Shown here: positions 1 to 13,031 of the stretch, in pieces | Layout: every line of letters starts with the position of its first letter | Position numbering within the stretch: position 1 is the first letter of the stretch | Origin: Octopus sinensis | Lineage: Eukaryota | NCBI RefSeq assembly: GCF_006345805.1 | Contig: NC_043000.1 | Coordinates: 137,764,001-137,828,000, forward strand | Length of the DNA stretch: 64,000 nucleotides | Reading direction: 5' to 3' | Position numbers and translations under genes: made by a program | Notes under the pieces: generated by a model | Databases searched by the model: none | What the model was told of the DNA's origin: nothing | What the model saw: only the letters and a program-made list of their open reading frames with translations

Positions 1-140
1 GTATATATATATATATATGTATATATATGTGTGTGTGTATATATATGTGTGTGTGTTTGTATATATATATATTGTGTATATATATGTGTGTGTGTTTGTA
101 TATATATATGTGTATATATATGTGTGTGTGTGTGTATATA

Positions 141-192
<52 letters not shown>

Positions 193-212
193 AATATATG
201 TGTATATATGTA
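1..212. repeat. (TA)n/(TG)n compound microsatellite
   Basis: Alternating TA/TG dinucleotides; explains ORFs 27..230 and 31..213. Confidence 0.95.
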
Positions 213-461
213 AAGAATAAAAAGTTTTGAATGGTACAACAATGCACTATAATACGGACAATGGACTATATACCTGTTGTAATTTAGTCATCCATAGTCT
301 GATATGATATTCTGGAATAGTATTCCTTCTTCAGATATTCTTAGATGGAATCGCAGCAATAATCGGTTTTCCAACGGCTTGTGTATATAAATATTAAGAT
401 GATACATGGGTGATAACTGAGAAATGAGAATATGAAAAGTGTGTTACTCACTCTACACTGA

Positions 462-1696
462 CTAACACCACTCGCCACCTCTGAGTCCTGAGTACTCTTT
501 ATTCTTTAGTCTTTCCTTTAATGTTTTCCCCATCGCTGAATGACAACACTCTCTCCTCCATGTACTCGTAACCTTTTTTTTTACCGGGGGAGGGTCTTGT
601 AAATTTTGTAATATCTGTTGTTTCTTCTTTTTCCTATGGGGAGAGGGGCTGGGTGGGTTTGGTGTCTGTATGGGGAGGGTGTGTCTGAGTGGTCGTGTGT
701 GAGATGGAGTTGGTCTGGGGTCCCACATTACACTGACTGTTCTTCGTCTTCTTTCGCTTTTTCCTTTTATTCTCTGTCACTGTGCATTCATCCTCCTTGT
801 TCCTTCTATCTATCTGTACTTCTTCCTTTTTCTCCTCCGTTTCCACCACCGCTTCTTCTGTCGTTTTCCTCTGTAGAGGACAGTGCGCTCTAAAGTGGCC
901 TTTTTGGGCAAATTTAAAGCCTCGCGGAAATCTGCCTTCTACCCATACTCTCAAAACAATTTCTCTCAACGTCACCGTCTCCGCCAAATTTTCCAGCTGC
1001 TTCGCCTCCGCTTGTACGATGAATTCCAATGCTTTCCCTCTACATCCTCCTTCCGCCATCTCTGTGGCTTGGAGGACAGCCACCTCCTCCTCACTACCAA
1101 CGTGGGTGGTTGCCGCAACCCAAGCCATTTCTATATCGGATGGTATTCCTTCTACTCTCACCTTAGAAGTCTTTCTTCCAAGGTACGAGGGTAGAAGTAC
1201 CACTTCCTCCGTTTTTACAGTTGCACGCACCAGCCTCTTTGCCTCCTCCGCTGTACTAAACTGGACAATCACCGTCCCATATCTATTTCCTTTCGTTATG
1301 TATGTCATTTCCTTCGAAAGGTTTTTCAGTGCTTTTTCTATATTTCGGTATCCATCTGTTCCACTGAGTACACCTTGTAAGTAATGGTCTTCTTTTCCAT
1401 ATTTTCCACAACCCTTTACGGGGTAATAACTTCACGTCACTGCCCACCTTCTGGGTCATCTTAATCAGCTCCTTCAATCCGGCTAGGTTCACACCCCTTT
1501 TCTTTACCTCTGCAGACTCAGCAAAACACTTTACTCTTTTCAAATGCTCGTCTATTCTATTTACCGCCTTAACGAGCTCCTCCTCTGTTGAGGACAGCTC
1601 ATACTCGCTGAGATCTGAATACATTTTTTCTACCGATATAACACCCACTGACAAACCGCTACCAATCAGCACAAATAATTCCGTCAGTCTTGTCAA
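462..1696 (-). mobile_element. Decayed gag-like ORF1 of a non-LTR retrotransposon (L1/Tx1-like), no ORF2 present
   Basis: Overlapping frameshifted ORFs 1283..1696, 634..1308 and 462..728. Degenerate zinc knuckle RGFKFAQKGHFRAHCP (CX2CX4HX4C with the first two Cys lost), RRM-like N-terminal part and K/E-rich C-terminus. Confidence 0.7.
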
Positions 1697-1812
1697 AAAT
1701 CAACATTGTGAATAAACCGACGCATGCGCAGTAATAAGCTACTTACCACACAGCCACGCGTGCGGAGCAATCATCATGTGTGTGTGTGTGTGTGCGTATA
1801 TATATATCTTTC

Positions 1813-1871
<59 letters not shown>

Positions 1872-1900
1872 TTCGAGACGTAATATATAGTAATATTTAT

Positions 1901-1942
<42 letters not shown>

Positions 1943-2878
1943 ATAACAAGTTCATAACAATAAAATCCAGTGGGAACTTTAGTGTGTGCTACTTGCAGAA
2001 AAACTGAACTTTTAGCGAAAGTATTTTAACGGAATTTAAGAGATAGCACCTAATGCGACATAAATACCAAAATGGCTGGCATTGACAGATAATGTCTGAT
2101 ATGTAAAGATAAAGCTATATTAATGTAGGAAAAACTACTGGGTAAGTGTATGTGACATTCTATTGTGATCAATTCGTGGAACGATTACCACTTGAGATAA
2201 AAATATAAGAATTTACGAAGGAGTGAAATGCGTGTCAATGGTTTGAGAGATCTCTAAAGGGATACTCTTCTCAAAATCCCTTTAACGTGTAGGTCTAACA
2301 GACTAGAGAAAATTACGTGGCAGAGGAGAAAAAATATACGGATGTCAAGAAAAATCAGTTGCTCAGCAGAAGGCAACTTAATGCTGGCGACGCAACACAA
2401 CATAATCTCTACGACAAATGATGAGCAAAAAGTAACTTCGAAATTATACGTAGACATACTGAGTACTTCATTATGTAATTAATGTCGCCAATAGCAACTC
2501 AGAAGCTATGTTTCATAAAACCGGAAAAGACACGGCAAATTTAAGATATGAAAATAATCTAATAATAGAACTGAGAAGATTGACAAAACATTACAGAAGT
2601 TTAGCCAACAGAAGACGCATAACAAAATATATAGACACGCAAGGCTCTCACGGTCTGTCTGTTTGTCTCTCGGTCGCTTACTCTCTCTAACCACCCACAT
2701 AGGCGTACGCTGTGTGTGTATGTGCGCAGGAGTATGTAAATTCATAACATACAGTTGCACATGCACGTAGACTCATTAATTCCTACATCTATCTATCTAT
2801 CTATCAATCTATCTATCTATCTATCTTTCTATCTGTCTATCTATGCAAATAAATGTGTTAGCATCTGACATTATTGAC

Positions 2879-3112
2879 TGAGGTTACCGTGGTCTTTTCC
2901 GTAGGCTTTTTCCACTGATAAACCTTATCTGTTTCCCCTTTAAACTTTACATCATGACATTTCTGTGATACACGATCCCTATTGATCGTTTTTTTTACGA
3001 TCCCTTTTGATTGAAAACCTACTCCCACCTATTTTTCTCCCCGAAAAGTAAAGCTCTACATTGTAATTTGTCCCCTATGTGTTCAGTCCTGTGTGGCTAA
3101 TAAAGAAACATA
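2879..3112 (+). mobile_element. Probable LINE 3' UTR fragment ending in a SINE-B-like tail
   Basis: Ends TTGTCCCCTATGTGTTCAGTCCTGTGTGGCTAATAAAGAAA, resembling the SINE-B 3' end but attached to unrelated upstream sequence. Confidence 0.5.
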
Positions 3113-3144
3113 TCTATCTCTCGCTGTATACATCGTTTATCTAA

Positions 3145-3488
3145 TACTTGTTTCAGTCATTTGACTGCGGTCATGCTGGGGCACCGCCTTCAAGCGTTTT
3201 AGTCGAGCAAGTCGAAAACAATTCTTTAAGCCTAGAACTTATTTTATTGGGCTCGTTTTGGTGAACGCTAGGTTACAGGGAAGTAAACACACCAACACCT
3301 TGTAGTCAAGCGATGGTGGCGGACAAATGCAGACAACAGACAGACAGATACACACACATGCACGCACACACACAAAAACACACACACACGACGGTCTTCT
3401 TTCAGCTTCCCTCTACCATATCCACTCACAAGCCTTTGGTCGACCCCAAGCTATAGTAGAAGACATTTGCTCACGATGCCACGCAGTG
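3145..3488 (-). mobile_element. tRNA-SINE family A, head missing
   Basis: Matches the body and tail of full copies (e.g. 52676-53085); internal (CA)n. Confidence 0.85.
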
Positions 3489-3700
3489 TCAAAGTAACAG
3501 GAACGCTAGTACCGGTGTATTGCTGCGCAAGTAACTATTTCTAAGGAGACAGGGGTAAAACTAAGGTAGATAAGTTATTTCTTATCAAACATACCTAGTC
3601 CAGGAACTTTTTCATACCACATCGTATATAGATATATATATAAGAGAAAAAGAGAGAGACAGAGAGGAGAAAGAAAGAGAGAGACAGAGAGGAGAAAGAA

Positions 3701-3734
<34 letters not shown>

Positions 3735-3904
3735 GTTGTGATGATCATATAGACCAGTTGATATGGGCTTATAATTTCGTTAGTCCATCACGTATATATT
3801 ATCTAAATTGCAATGAAAGAGCTCCGTGGAAATTGCCATTTTAATAAAAATGTCTACATAAAATCACTAAGCCACACACAAACAAAACTTACATATATGT
3901 GTGA

Positions 3905-3949
<45 letters not shown>

Positions 3950-3998
3950 TGTGTAAGAGAGACCGTGATTGATGTTCGTGTATGCGTGTATGTGTGCT

Positions 3999-4053
<55 letters not shown>

Positions 4054-4161
4054 ACATATAAGGGATTGCCATAATAGGACATCCGACTCACTAGAAAGAG
4101 CAGTTAAACTCCAAGCCACTAATAGTTGTAATTCTGAAACAGAAAGAGAAATAAAAACGTT

Positions 4162-4207
<46 letters not shown>

Positions 4208-4238
4208 ACACATACATGTTTCTGTGTGTGCATACGTA

Positions 4239-4271
<33 letters not shown>

Positions 4272-4609
4272 GCAGATACATAATTATCATTATTGTTATT
4301 TTTGTTGTTGTTGTTGTTGTTGTTGTGTAAGAATGTAGTGTGAATTAGTGTGAGCAAGTGAATTTGAATGTCTGTAACAAATACACGTTGAAAATTACAT
4401 AGAAACTCACGAGTAAAACTGAATTTCAGATGAAAAAAAAACGTAAAATCCAGTTTGAAGAAAAAAATTCAAAATACACATTAATAAAACATTCAACTGA
4501 AAATCAAGGAAGAGTGATTACGTTAAAAAATGAAATAATACCTCTACTGCAAAAGAGAAAAAAAATCATTATTAATATTTCACTTCACGAAATTATCTTT
4601 TTCGAGAAT

Positions 4610-4755
4610 TTATTGCTTTTTCAGTGATAATTTATTCATTTGACGTTTTTGTTTTAGATTTCTACTTGACATTTTTTCGTTTATTTCTGCCACATTTTTT
4701 TCACTGATAGCTTCAGTGATTTCCAGCCTTTTTATCTTCACCTGATATGTTGCAT
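4610..4755 (-). CDS. Candidate terminal coding exon (DATYQVKIKRLEITEAISEK...LSLKKQ*)
   Basis: Acceptor TTCATTCTGTATCTTAG, then 47 open codons to TAA; charged, tail-like composition. No homology evidence. Confidence 0.35.
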
Positions 4756-5308
4756 CTAAGATACAGAATGAATAACTTTGCCAAGGCTAAGTTTGTAATA
4801 TAAAATAAAATATCATCAACGAAGGATAACTATTCCGCTTTTGTTCGCTAGTTGTTTCCACGCGTTATTCAATGGACGTTTCTCATGCATAATCATACAC
4901 GAAATATGCGGATAGATAAAAAAAAAAGAGATCAAACAAATATGAACAACGAAGAGACAAATGAAGAATATATGAAGAAACCAAAAAGTATCAATAAAAT
5001 ACTGAACGGTCTATGAAAAAAACAAAAACAAAAAAAAGAATGAGTTACTTTATTTCTAAAATGATCTTAGCACCATCTTATAATATTGAGCTATGAACCT
5101 TTAAATCTATTTTGAGACAAATCAATATGATATATAGATTTTAAACACCTTCGTGAAATTCTTTACAGGCAATCACAGCGCGTGTTACAAAATTTTGATA
5201 TATCATTTGATAGAAATCATGTGATGCAAGGCGCTTTATTCTACACATATACATGTGTACGTACGTAATTACGTAATACATACGTACGTACATATATACA
5301 TACATTAG

Positions 5309-5342
<34 letters not shown>

Positions 5343-5579
5343 ATATACATCAGGCACAGATATACACATTCAATATTCATATAACACAAACGCACATAAA
5401 ACTTCATTCCATCAGCAAAAAGGAACGATATAGTTAAATTTTTTAATGTATTTCAAGGCAAAACATCAATTTCTATCAAATTAATGTGTTATATATAACT
5501 ATGGAAATGTAGAATGAATATAACAGAAGGATTTCTTTTTACATGCAAGAAATATCTAATTTTCCCATTAGCAACGTTA

Positions 5580-5822
5580 CTAGAGATTATTCTCAGTATT
5601 TTCGTTATGTATTTCTTCCATAGTATAACCTTCACAAATGTACAGCCGAACAAAACGGAGAAATACATTGACCGTTGAATATAAATGGACATTAATTTTT
5701 TCGCCTCCAGTAACTGAGAGCAAGCAGCCCATTTTTCCATACACTGATATCAGTGAAGAGCAAGTGCTGCTAGTTAAAAGCGTTGTAGTCAAACGTTGTG
5801 TGAAATCGATTGGTGACATCGG
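5580..5822 (-). CDS. Candidate coding exon (PMSPIDFTQRLTTTLL...)
   Basis: Acceptor GATCCATTTCAG, 80 open codons, GC higher than flanks; donor or true frame ambiguous. Confidence 0.3.
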   Translation of the reverse strand, partial: PMSPIDFTQRLTTTLLTSSTCSSLISVYGKMGCLLSVTGGEKINVHLYSTVNVFLRFVRLYICEGYTMEEIHNENTENNL

Positions 5823-5969
5823 CTGAAATGGATCTACTATACAGTATACTTTGGTTAACATACTCACTCTATCCACAAGTATATAATTGCATATTTTTTC
5901 TGACTCATGGATTCTTAGACAACCACACAGACACACAGCCACCCACATATATATCTATATGTATGTATA

Positions 5970-6016
<47 letters not shown>

Positions 6017-6022
<6 letters not shown>

Positions 6023-6290
6023 GTGTATATTTAGGGCTAAAAACCACTAGGTGGATAGCCATATGCTCGAAGAAGATCACATACGATCTAACTACAAAGA
6101 AAGAATGTTCTCCAGAGAAAATTCAGCGAACACCAGGACATTGGCGAGCAAGGCAGATGAAAATTATATAAAAATCAAGAATTAATCGTATGTTTTGGTT
6201 TTCGCTGAATTTTCTCCGGAGAACATTCTTTCTTCTTCTCGCATATGGCTATCCACCTAGTGGTTTTTAACTCTAAATATAAACATGTAT
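6017..6290. mobile_element. Foldback/MITE-like element with about 95-115-bp imperfect terminal inverted repeats
   Basis: Left arm ATACATGTGTATATTTAGGGCTAAAAACCACTAGGTGGATAGCCATATGC... is the reverse complement of the right arm ...GCATATGGCTATCCACCTAGTGGTTTTTAACTCTAAATATAAACATGTAT. Confidence 0.8.
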
Positions 6291-6472
6291 TGAGATTTTT
6301 TTCTGATTTTTCAGATTCTTATATACTAGGCTACTGGTTTTAAATTGATATTAATTAAATTAATATTCAATTTACATCCTTCATTATTTAAATATATATA
6401 TATAAGAATTTGTTGCGTAATGAGATAAAAAACCAGGGCTGTGTAGATATTAGAACATTTATAGATAGGAGG

Positions 6473-6522
6473 TCTTGCAGCTGTTTCCAGGATATTTATT
6501 AATTGTATCTCGTCATCGGAGA
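6473..6522 (-). ncRNA. Degenerate type I hammerhead ribozyme motif (Penelope-like pLTR relic)
   Basis: Minus strand TCT-CCGATGA-CGAGATA-loop-TATCCTG-GAAAC-AGCT-GCA-AGA: core, 6/7-pair stem II, palindromic stem III and 3-bp stem I, with U4C and U16.1C changes. Confidence 0.55.
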
Positions 6523-7632
6523 TGGTGTGAGAGGATGGTTAAGTCATAGTTTAGATGTGATACAAAATAGAGAGTGAGGTGGAGGAAAAATAGATGCAAG
6601 ATATGTATGGATATTGAAGTTGTAAATCCATTTTTAGGCAGAATGGTACATATGTAAAATTCCAATACCCTATGATTAAAGTCCAAAAGTCCAATAGAGT
6701 TTAAAATGGGTCCTTCCAAACACACACACATACACACACACACATATACTCTCACACACACACACACACACATACACACACATATATATATTACTCTACC
6801 TTAGACACAGTCTTTATACTATAGTCTCAACTTCATTGCAGTTCAAAAAGTTTATATTTTATTTCATAGCATATAACATTCTCCACACTACCCTCTTGTT
6901 CTGTTATTTGAAGTTATGCCATTATCTCTCTCCATATATTTCATTTTGCATATAATCCTTTACCATTGCAAAGATTTCTAACAAACTGTAACATATGTAT
7001 GCAGCTGCCTCTTGTCTACATTAAAGATCGGAATTTATCATATAAATCAACTTGAGAATTTTATACAGAATTTCTTTAAATTAGGTGCCTTTCTCTTCGA
7101 ATGTCTCTAAGTTTTATATCTTACACCCAGGTAAAATTTCGAAAAATTATTGCGTACAGCATTAAGCTCATCGCTATTTTACCTCATTGTTTACATGCCT
7201 TCTATTCTCCTTCATGATTTATTTCTCTGTGATATCTTTTATTTTTTAAGTATACACATACGAACGCACACACGCACCAACATACACATGTATACAAATG
7301 TATATACAAGCATATTCATGTATCTATGTTTCTACATAATTCGTGCGTGAAGGCTAGTGTATGGTATACGTGTGTGTGTGTGTTGAATATCGGAAAAATT
7401 GAAAACGTTGTGTAGATAAGAATATAAAAGGAACTAGGAATGAAAAGGTTTATATCTGAGAAAAAAAGAGCAGGATGTGCATGTGTTTCAGTGTGACACA
7501 AACTGCAAAATTAAGTTTGACAGTATCACAGAGAGAAGCGTAGAGAAAGTACTTAGGTTATTAGCCATCGACTAAGTTTTTCTATTATTATGTGACAACA
7601 TGCAAAATTTTAATGACGTATTTCGTGAACAA

Positions 7633-7851
7633 TAAATAAAAATAAATGCGCCATTTTTAAAGCCTAGCCAGGCTCATGGGCCCGGTTTCCAGGTTTCTAT
7701 GGCGTATGTGTTCCCAGCTGGACGGGACGTCACTCCATCGCAGCGTTACTCATTTTGCCAGCTGAGTGGACTGGAGCAACGTGAAATGAAGTGTTTTGCT
7801 CAAGAACACAATGCGTCGCCCGGTCCAGGAATCGAAACCACAATCTTACGA
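7633..7851 (-). mobile_element. 5'-truncated tRNA-SINE family D (CORE/V-like central domain)
   Basis: B-box remnant GGTTTCGATTCC, central TTCTTGAGCAAAACACTTCATTTCACGTTGCTCCAGTCCACTCAGCTG, and 14-bp TSD TATTTCGTGAACAA at 7619-7632 and 7852-7865. Confidence 0.85.
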
Positions 7852-8464
7852 TATTTCGTGAACAACAGGAAAGAAAAAAGGCAAATTCACTTCTATTATC
7901 ATAATGTATTACATTCATAATCTTATTTTGCTGTTAGTTATATTTTAGATAAATTTGGCAAAATATTCAAGAACAGCGCATAACATTGGTTTGTAGTTAG
8001 CAGAAGCAGATAGGGGCTTCATGTACAATGCTTATATTTTTACTGTTTCCCTAATTATTTCCCCTATTATTTCGAAGTAGATCATTTTTTATGTTTTCAG
8101 AAAATGCATATATAATACAGCAAGATAAAGTTATCTGAGCCGGGCGTCTGTTTAAATACCACGATTCACATCTCGTTAATACTTTCTACATTATGGTCTG
8201 TAATGTAATAATTTATTTAGTATAGGTTTAAGAGTGAAGAAGAATCTTACAGTATTTAGCGATGTCTGTTTACGTTCTGATTTGGAATCCTGCTATAGAA
8301 GACGTTGTCATTTATTCCTTTCATACCATTAAAGTAAATACTAGTGATATTTTCCAGAACTATAGTCTACATATTCTTTTTAAATATTCATATATAGTGT
8401 GCTGTACTTTGAAATAATTATTCATCATTTGGAACTATAAAGTGCAAAAGCTATTATAGTAAAA

Positions 8465-9284
8465 ATGAAAAATATTTCACTGTGAGTATATATTTGCTTT
8501 ATACTATTAATCACTCAGTGGCCTTTCTCTTTTTATGTGGGTTATATGTCATCATTTGCAGGTATTTAGAATTGAATCTGTAAAACAAGAGTCAATCCCT
8601 TCAACTTAAGTTACTTATGTAATATGGTTTCAAAGAAAATCCAGTAGCTAATAAGAATACCATCCGTTAGGAAAGTGATGAAAGTATGTTTCTTGAACCA
8701 GGTGCCTGAACTGAATAGATGTACAACTTTTAATTAAATATTTAAAACATGATGTAAACTATTATTACACGGGGATCTTATAAACTTATTTTACTTATAT
8801 ACTAATGTCAATCAACTTTTAAGTGATAAGTCTTTAATCACTAACTTTCTAATATTTTTCTTTTGTTCAGACTTGTATTACACAGCTCGAAATGCTTTGG
8901 GATAAAACTGAATGTATTTTCTATACATCATCAATAATTTAGTTATTTTTCTTATGCATTCTGGTTTACATATATATCAGCTTGTAAAACAAGAAGAAAT
9001 ATGAAAATGGGAGGGTTTACAGGAAATACAACAAATGTTTGTATCCTACGTTGCTATGACGATCACTGCAGCTTTTATTTTCGCTCATCGTCATACATTT
9101 GTGTTTGGTAGTATTGAGGAAGTTACAAAAACCGTAATGTAAAGGTTGATTTATGGCTCCTATTTTAAATAAGTATGACTTATGCCGAATGAAATCTATA
9201 TTTCTCCTTAATTTTCTTTTCTGTCTTAGTGATTTGTTCCTGTTCCTGAAAAAGACACGAAGACAGACACATTGTTCATGTTAA
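8465..9284 (+). CDS. Tentative 5-exon gene for a 94-aa secreted Cys-rich peptide (exons 8465-8481, 8519-8561, 8871-8913, 8981-9107, 9230-9284)
   Basis: GTGAGT donor at 8482, CACTAAC branch plus pyrimidine tract before the acceptor at 8870, further acceptors at 8980 and 9229, GTAAGA donor at 9301. The frame stays open across four junctions but needs an implausibly short 37-nt first intron. Confidence 0.3.
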
Positions 9285-10316
9285 ACAAATAGTTGATTTT
9301 GTAAGATATGTTTTCCTACCAAGAAGCCGATATAGTGATATGAATAATCAGAGAGAAACTAAATCAAGTAGAATACGATATGTATAATGGAAAAAGAAAA
9401 TCGCACGGCCTTCTGTTATTTCCTCACGCGATAACTATATCGATTTAGAAGAAAAATCACTAAATCGGGAACTTCGTTATCTAAATAATATCACAGATAC
9501 TGACATATCAGTGAATTGCGTGGAAACATTAATTGCATCTCGGTGCAGGCTGCATATAAATGCCATCACATTTGTGACTTATTTTACTTTCCTATCTTTT
9601 TTTATTTGTTAAAAATTCAACAATATGTATGAAAATTAATCTGGAGCAGTGATAACTCACAATTCATGACAATAAACTCTTCAGGCATATATCAAATGTT
9701 CTAGTAGTCCTTTCAGTTCTTCTAGCTGGATATAATTCTGTACATACCGACTATTACTGATAGGTTATCGCTGTCGACCTCTTTAATGTGCGAGGTTAAG
9801 TCGACTCTGCCAGAATTCTAAACTATTCGGACAGTATTTAACTTCGCTAATTCGATGTGACCACCATTTAAAATTGCATTTTGGAACAACTAGAGAAATA
9901 AATGTTAAGTACATGAATGCAACTTGTATTCACTCAACAGATTTTCTTCGTATATTAAATACTGTTCAGAGATTTTCATCCACTCTCTTTTGATAAGAAG
10001 ACGATATCTACCTAGCTTTGTGAAGTCCAGCTTCATTCACCTGCAACCTCGTTAACTCAGCTCAAATTGAGTTTCAGAGGTAACATCAGAAACATATTCC
10101 AATGGGCTATCTTCCTTCTACAGCAAACAACATAATTTCTGACCAAGCCTACAATATATTTTGCATTTCACTTTACCATTCACCGGGAGGATCGTTTTAA
10201 ATGCTAAGCTTTACTATCACCGAGTATTCTCTTTGGGAACACACATTGCATTTCAATGACCTGTATTTCTTTTTAGAGTAAAACAATACTAGACGTTCAA
10301 ATAATTACTAACTTAC

Positions 10317-10380
10317 AACAAAGCTTGAGTGAAGCCCACCATAATGTACTGTTACTACATGTTGAATATTGCTGATGTTG
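10317..10380 (-). CDS. Candidate 64-nt exon (NISNIQHVVTVHYGGLHSSFV or QHQQYSTCSNSTLWWASLKLC)
   Basis: Acceptor GCGCTTGTGTAG, perfect GTAAGT donor, two frames open. Confidence 0.3.
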
Positions 10381-10479
10381 CTACACAAGCGCACACACAG
10401 ATTTACACAAATACACCCCTACCACACTATATCGCAGAGCGAATCAGTCACGCAACTATCTTAGAAGAAGTCGCACGTA

Positions 10480-10800
10480 AAACAGACTAATCACTGTCGT
10501 ACAGATGTGCTGTCTCCTCTTACTGCATTTTCCTCAGTTACAGCATTGTTCATTGCTCACGAGTCTGGTTGATTTTGTAGCAACTATACTCGGGCACACC
10601 CGACACGACTCACACATCTTCCATTCTCTCGACATCCACAGTTTCTCCAATCTTTCAGATTTTTCCCTAATAATTACACCACGTTCTTCGTTCCTACAAT
10701 TTCGACCCTGTGGAACAATTTGCAGTGCATATTTACCCCTGTAGTTGTTGATTTACAACAATTGAAAAAGAAGATTAATGATATCGAGCTCAATGATCTT
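10480..10800 (+). mobile_element. Decayed LINE (CR1/L2/Jockey-type) ORF2 C-terminal fragment
   Basis: Frameshifted translation contains FFVPTISTLWNNL...DLQQLKKKIN, the typical FFxRxxxLWNxLP end motif. Confidence 0.6.
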
Positions 10801-11161
10801 GGAGATTCTCTAAGGAAAAGACTTGGTCTATTCTATCAGATCAATCTAAAGAAAAGTGATGAAATGAATAAAATATCACAGAATATTTAGAAATGTGTTG
10901 TTTGCATTAGCACAACGTCGTTCAGATTTCCATCACAAAAATACGAAATGGGGAAAAGGAAGACAAAAAGAGATGAGCAACGGAGAAAGAGATAAAATGA
11001 TATTGCTACAAAATAGAATTGTTAGCTTCTAGTCTCCTTATGCATTATGCTGCGAAAAGACACCATCACAAAACAGAACCTGCCCTAAGTACCTGGTTGA
11101 AATGAAACGATATCAAAGAAAAATATTACTACTACTACTACTACTAATAATAATAATAATA

Positions 11162-11380
11162 ATCCTTTCTACTATAGGCACAAGGCCTGAAATTTGTGGG
11201 GAGGAGACTAGTCGATTACATCGACCCCCCAGTGTTTCCCGGGTACTTATTTCATCGACCCTGAAAGGAAGAAAGGCAAAATGGACCACGGCAGAATTTG
11301 AACTCTGAACGTCAAAGCGGATGAAATGCCGATAGACATCTCACCCGGCGTGCTAACGATTTTGCCAGCTCTCTGCCTTA
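11162..11380 (-). mobile_element. tRNA-SINE family B, alternative-tail subfamily
   Basis: A box TGGCAAAATCG, B box GAGTTCAAATTC, same body as family B with a different 3' tail. Confidence 0.85.
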
Positions 11381-13031
11381 AATAACAACAGCAACAATAA
11401 TGATCATAATATACTTAAAGAAGAGCTACAACAAATATTCTGCTTAATACCACAAGTTTGCTTGTCCTTAACCGGTTGAGTATGCCCGAAATATCCATAA
11501 CCTGAATACAAAGGAGGACATACATATACATATATACATATATACATACATATAAACATACATATATATCTCTAGAATTGTCTCAGTTATAACAAATGAG
11601 AATGCTTCTCCAATAACAACAATATAGAGGGAGAAAAATAATAAAGAATATTACTGATCAACATTCCATATATAATACACAGAATTTTCAGTATAATAGA
11701 AACATAAAACCCTGCACTTTCCCAAAGCTCAGAACGCAATGCAAGTTTGTGCCATGAAAGCAGTTAAAAAATAAGGACAATGAAACAATAACAATATTTA
11801 TTTATATATAAATAAATATTCAGTGCCTGTGACCGAAGGGGAGATAATTACTCCGAAATGCGGTATCTCATAGTCTGGAAAGAGGGCGCTGCGAACTGAT
11901 CTAGGTATATTTACACCATTGTCAACAGTGAACAATTTTCTCCTTAACAAAATTTAACCGTGAATGGCTTGTTTAAAAGTCCAAATGTGCCAGAAGCATA
12001 TTTAAACTTGGAGTAGCATACCATTTATGCACATCACTGCTTAACGCTCCTACTTCATAATTTATTTATATCTGTTGTAAATGATGCTTTTTAACTTTTA
12101 TTAAAGTCAATATAAAAAGTTATCCCTTGTGATATGATTATGTATTGACGTGGCTATATAATTACTACGCAGAAACACATGATTGTAAAACGGAAACTTC
12201 TGCATAAAAATGATTGTCGACAAAATACACCAAGTACATATAACTATGGAAGAATATTTACACAGACTGGATAATGAATTTATAAAATATGAATCTATGC
12301 TAGAAATTAACCAACATACTTAGGAATTAGTGTGAGAGCGAATACTTTAAATATACATTGTCAATGAGAAGTTTCTCAACATATTGAATACTTCCATTTT
12401 AGCGATGCAATAAAAGCCAACTCTTTCTCTCAGTGACTTATAACAACAAATTTTGTGTTAATACAAAAATACGAAAAAAAAGGACTTTACTTTTTTTTAT
12501 ACAAGCCGCTGTCATTGTAACACACATAGGCAAAACAAACAGCACGTGGAGATTCTATAAAATATTTAATGGAGATTATGATATATTTTAAATGTTTTAG
12601 GAAAAGTTATCATATCATTATATTACATTCTAAGCTTTGGAAGAAGTGCATTACTTCTGCTGTGCCAATGAATGGTGACAGCAAATGCATTTAAGATGAA
12701 TTTAATAGTAGATGCGGAAATACCGGTGAGCTGGGATTAAAACTGAATTTATAGAACCACAAAACATTTATTACTGAAAATCTAAAACTATTTCGTAGTT
12801 GAATTGTTAAATATGAAATGCGCGCACGCACGCACATACACACACACTCACATCATATCTGTATGTTCCTGCGTATCTGTGTTTAATAGAGAAGGAGAGG
12901 GAGGGAATGAGCGAACATGCTACAAGGTGGGAATATACACATACATTTCCATTTGACACCATAGATATACTTTCGGCGAAGCTTAACTTTATATGCATTG
13001 ACTATATATATATATAATATATATATATATA

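Noticed and set aside
290-340. Hammerhead-like CTGAAGA-AGGAAT-ACT-ATTCCA-GAATA on the minus strand
   Set aside because: GAAA box broken, closing pair mismatched, no convincing stems I or III.
9230-9300. Selenocysteine read-through (ICSCS-TGA-KRH...), and a similar idea at 56940 (CSYCC-TGA)
   Set aside because: No SECIS recognised, no known selenoprotein motif, and isolated TGA codons are expected by chance.
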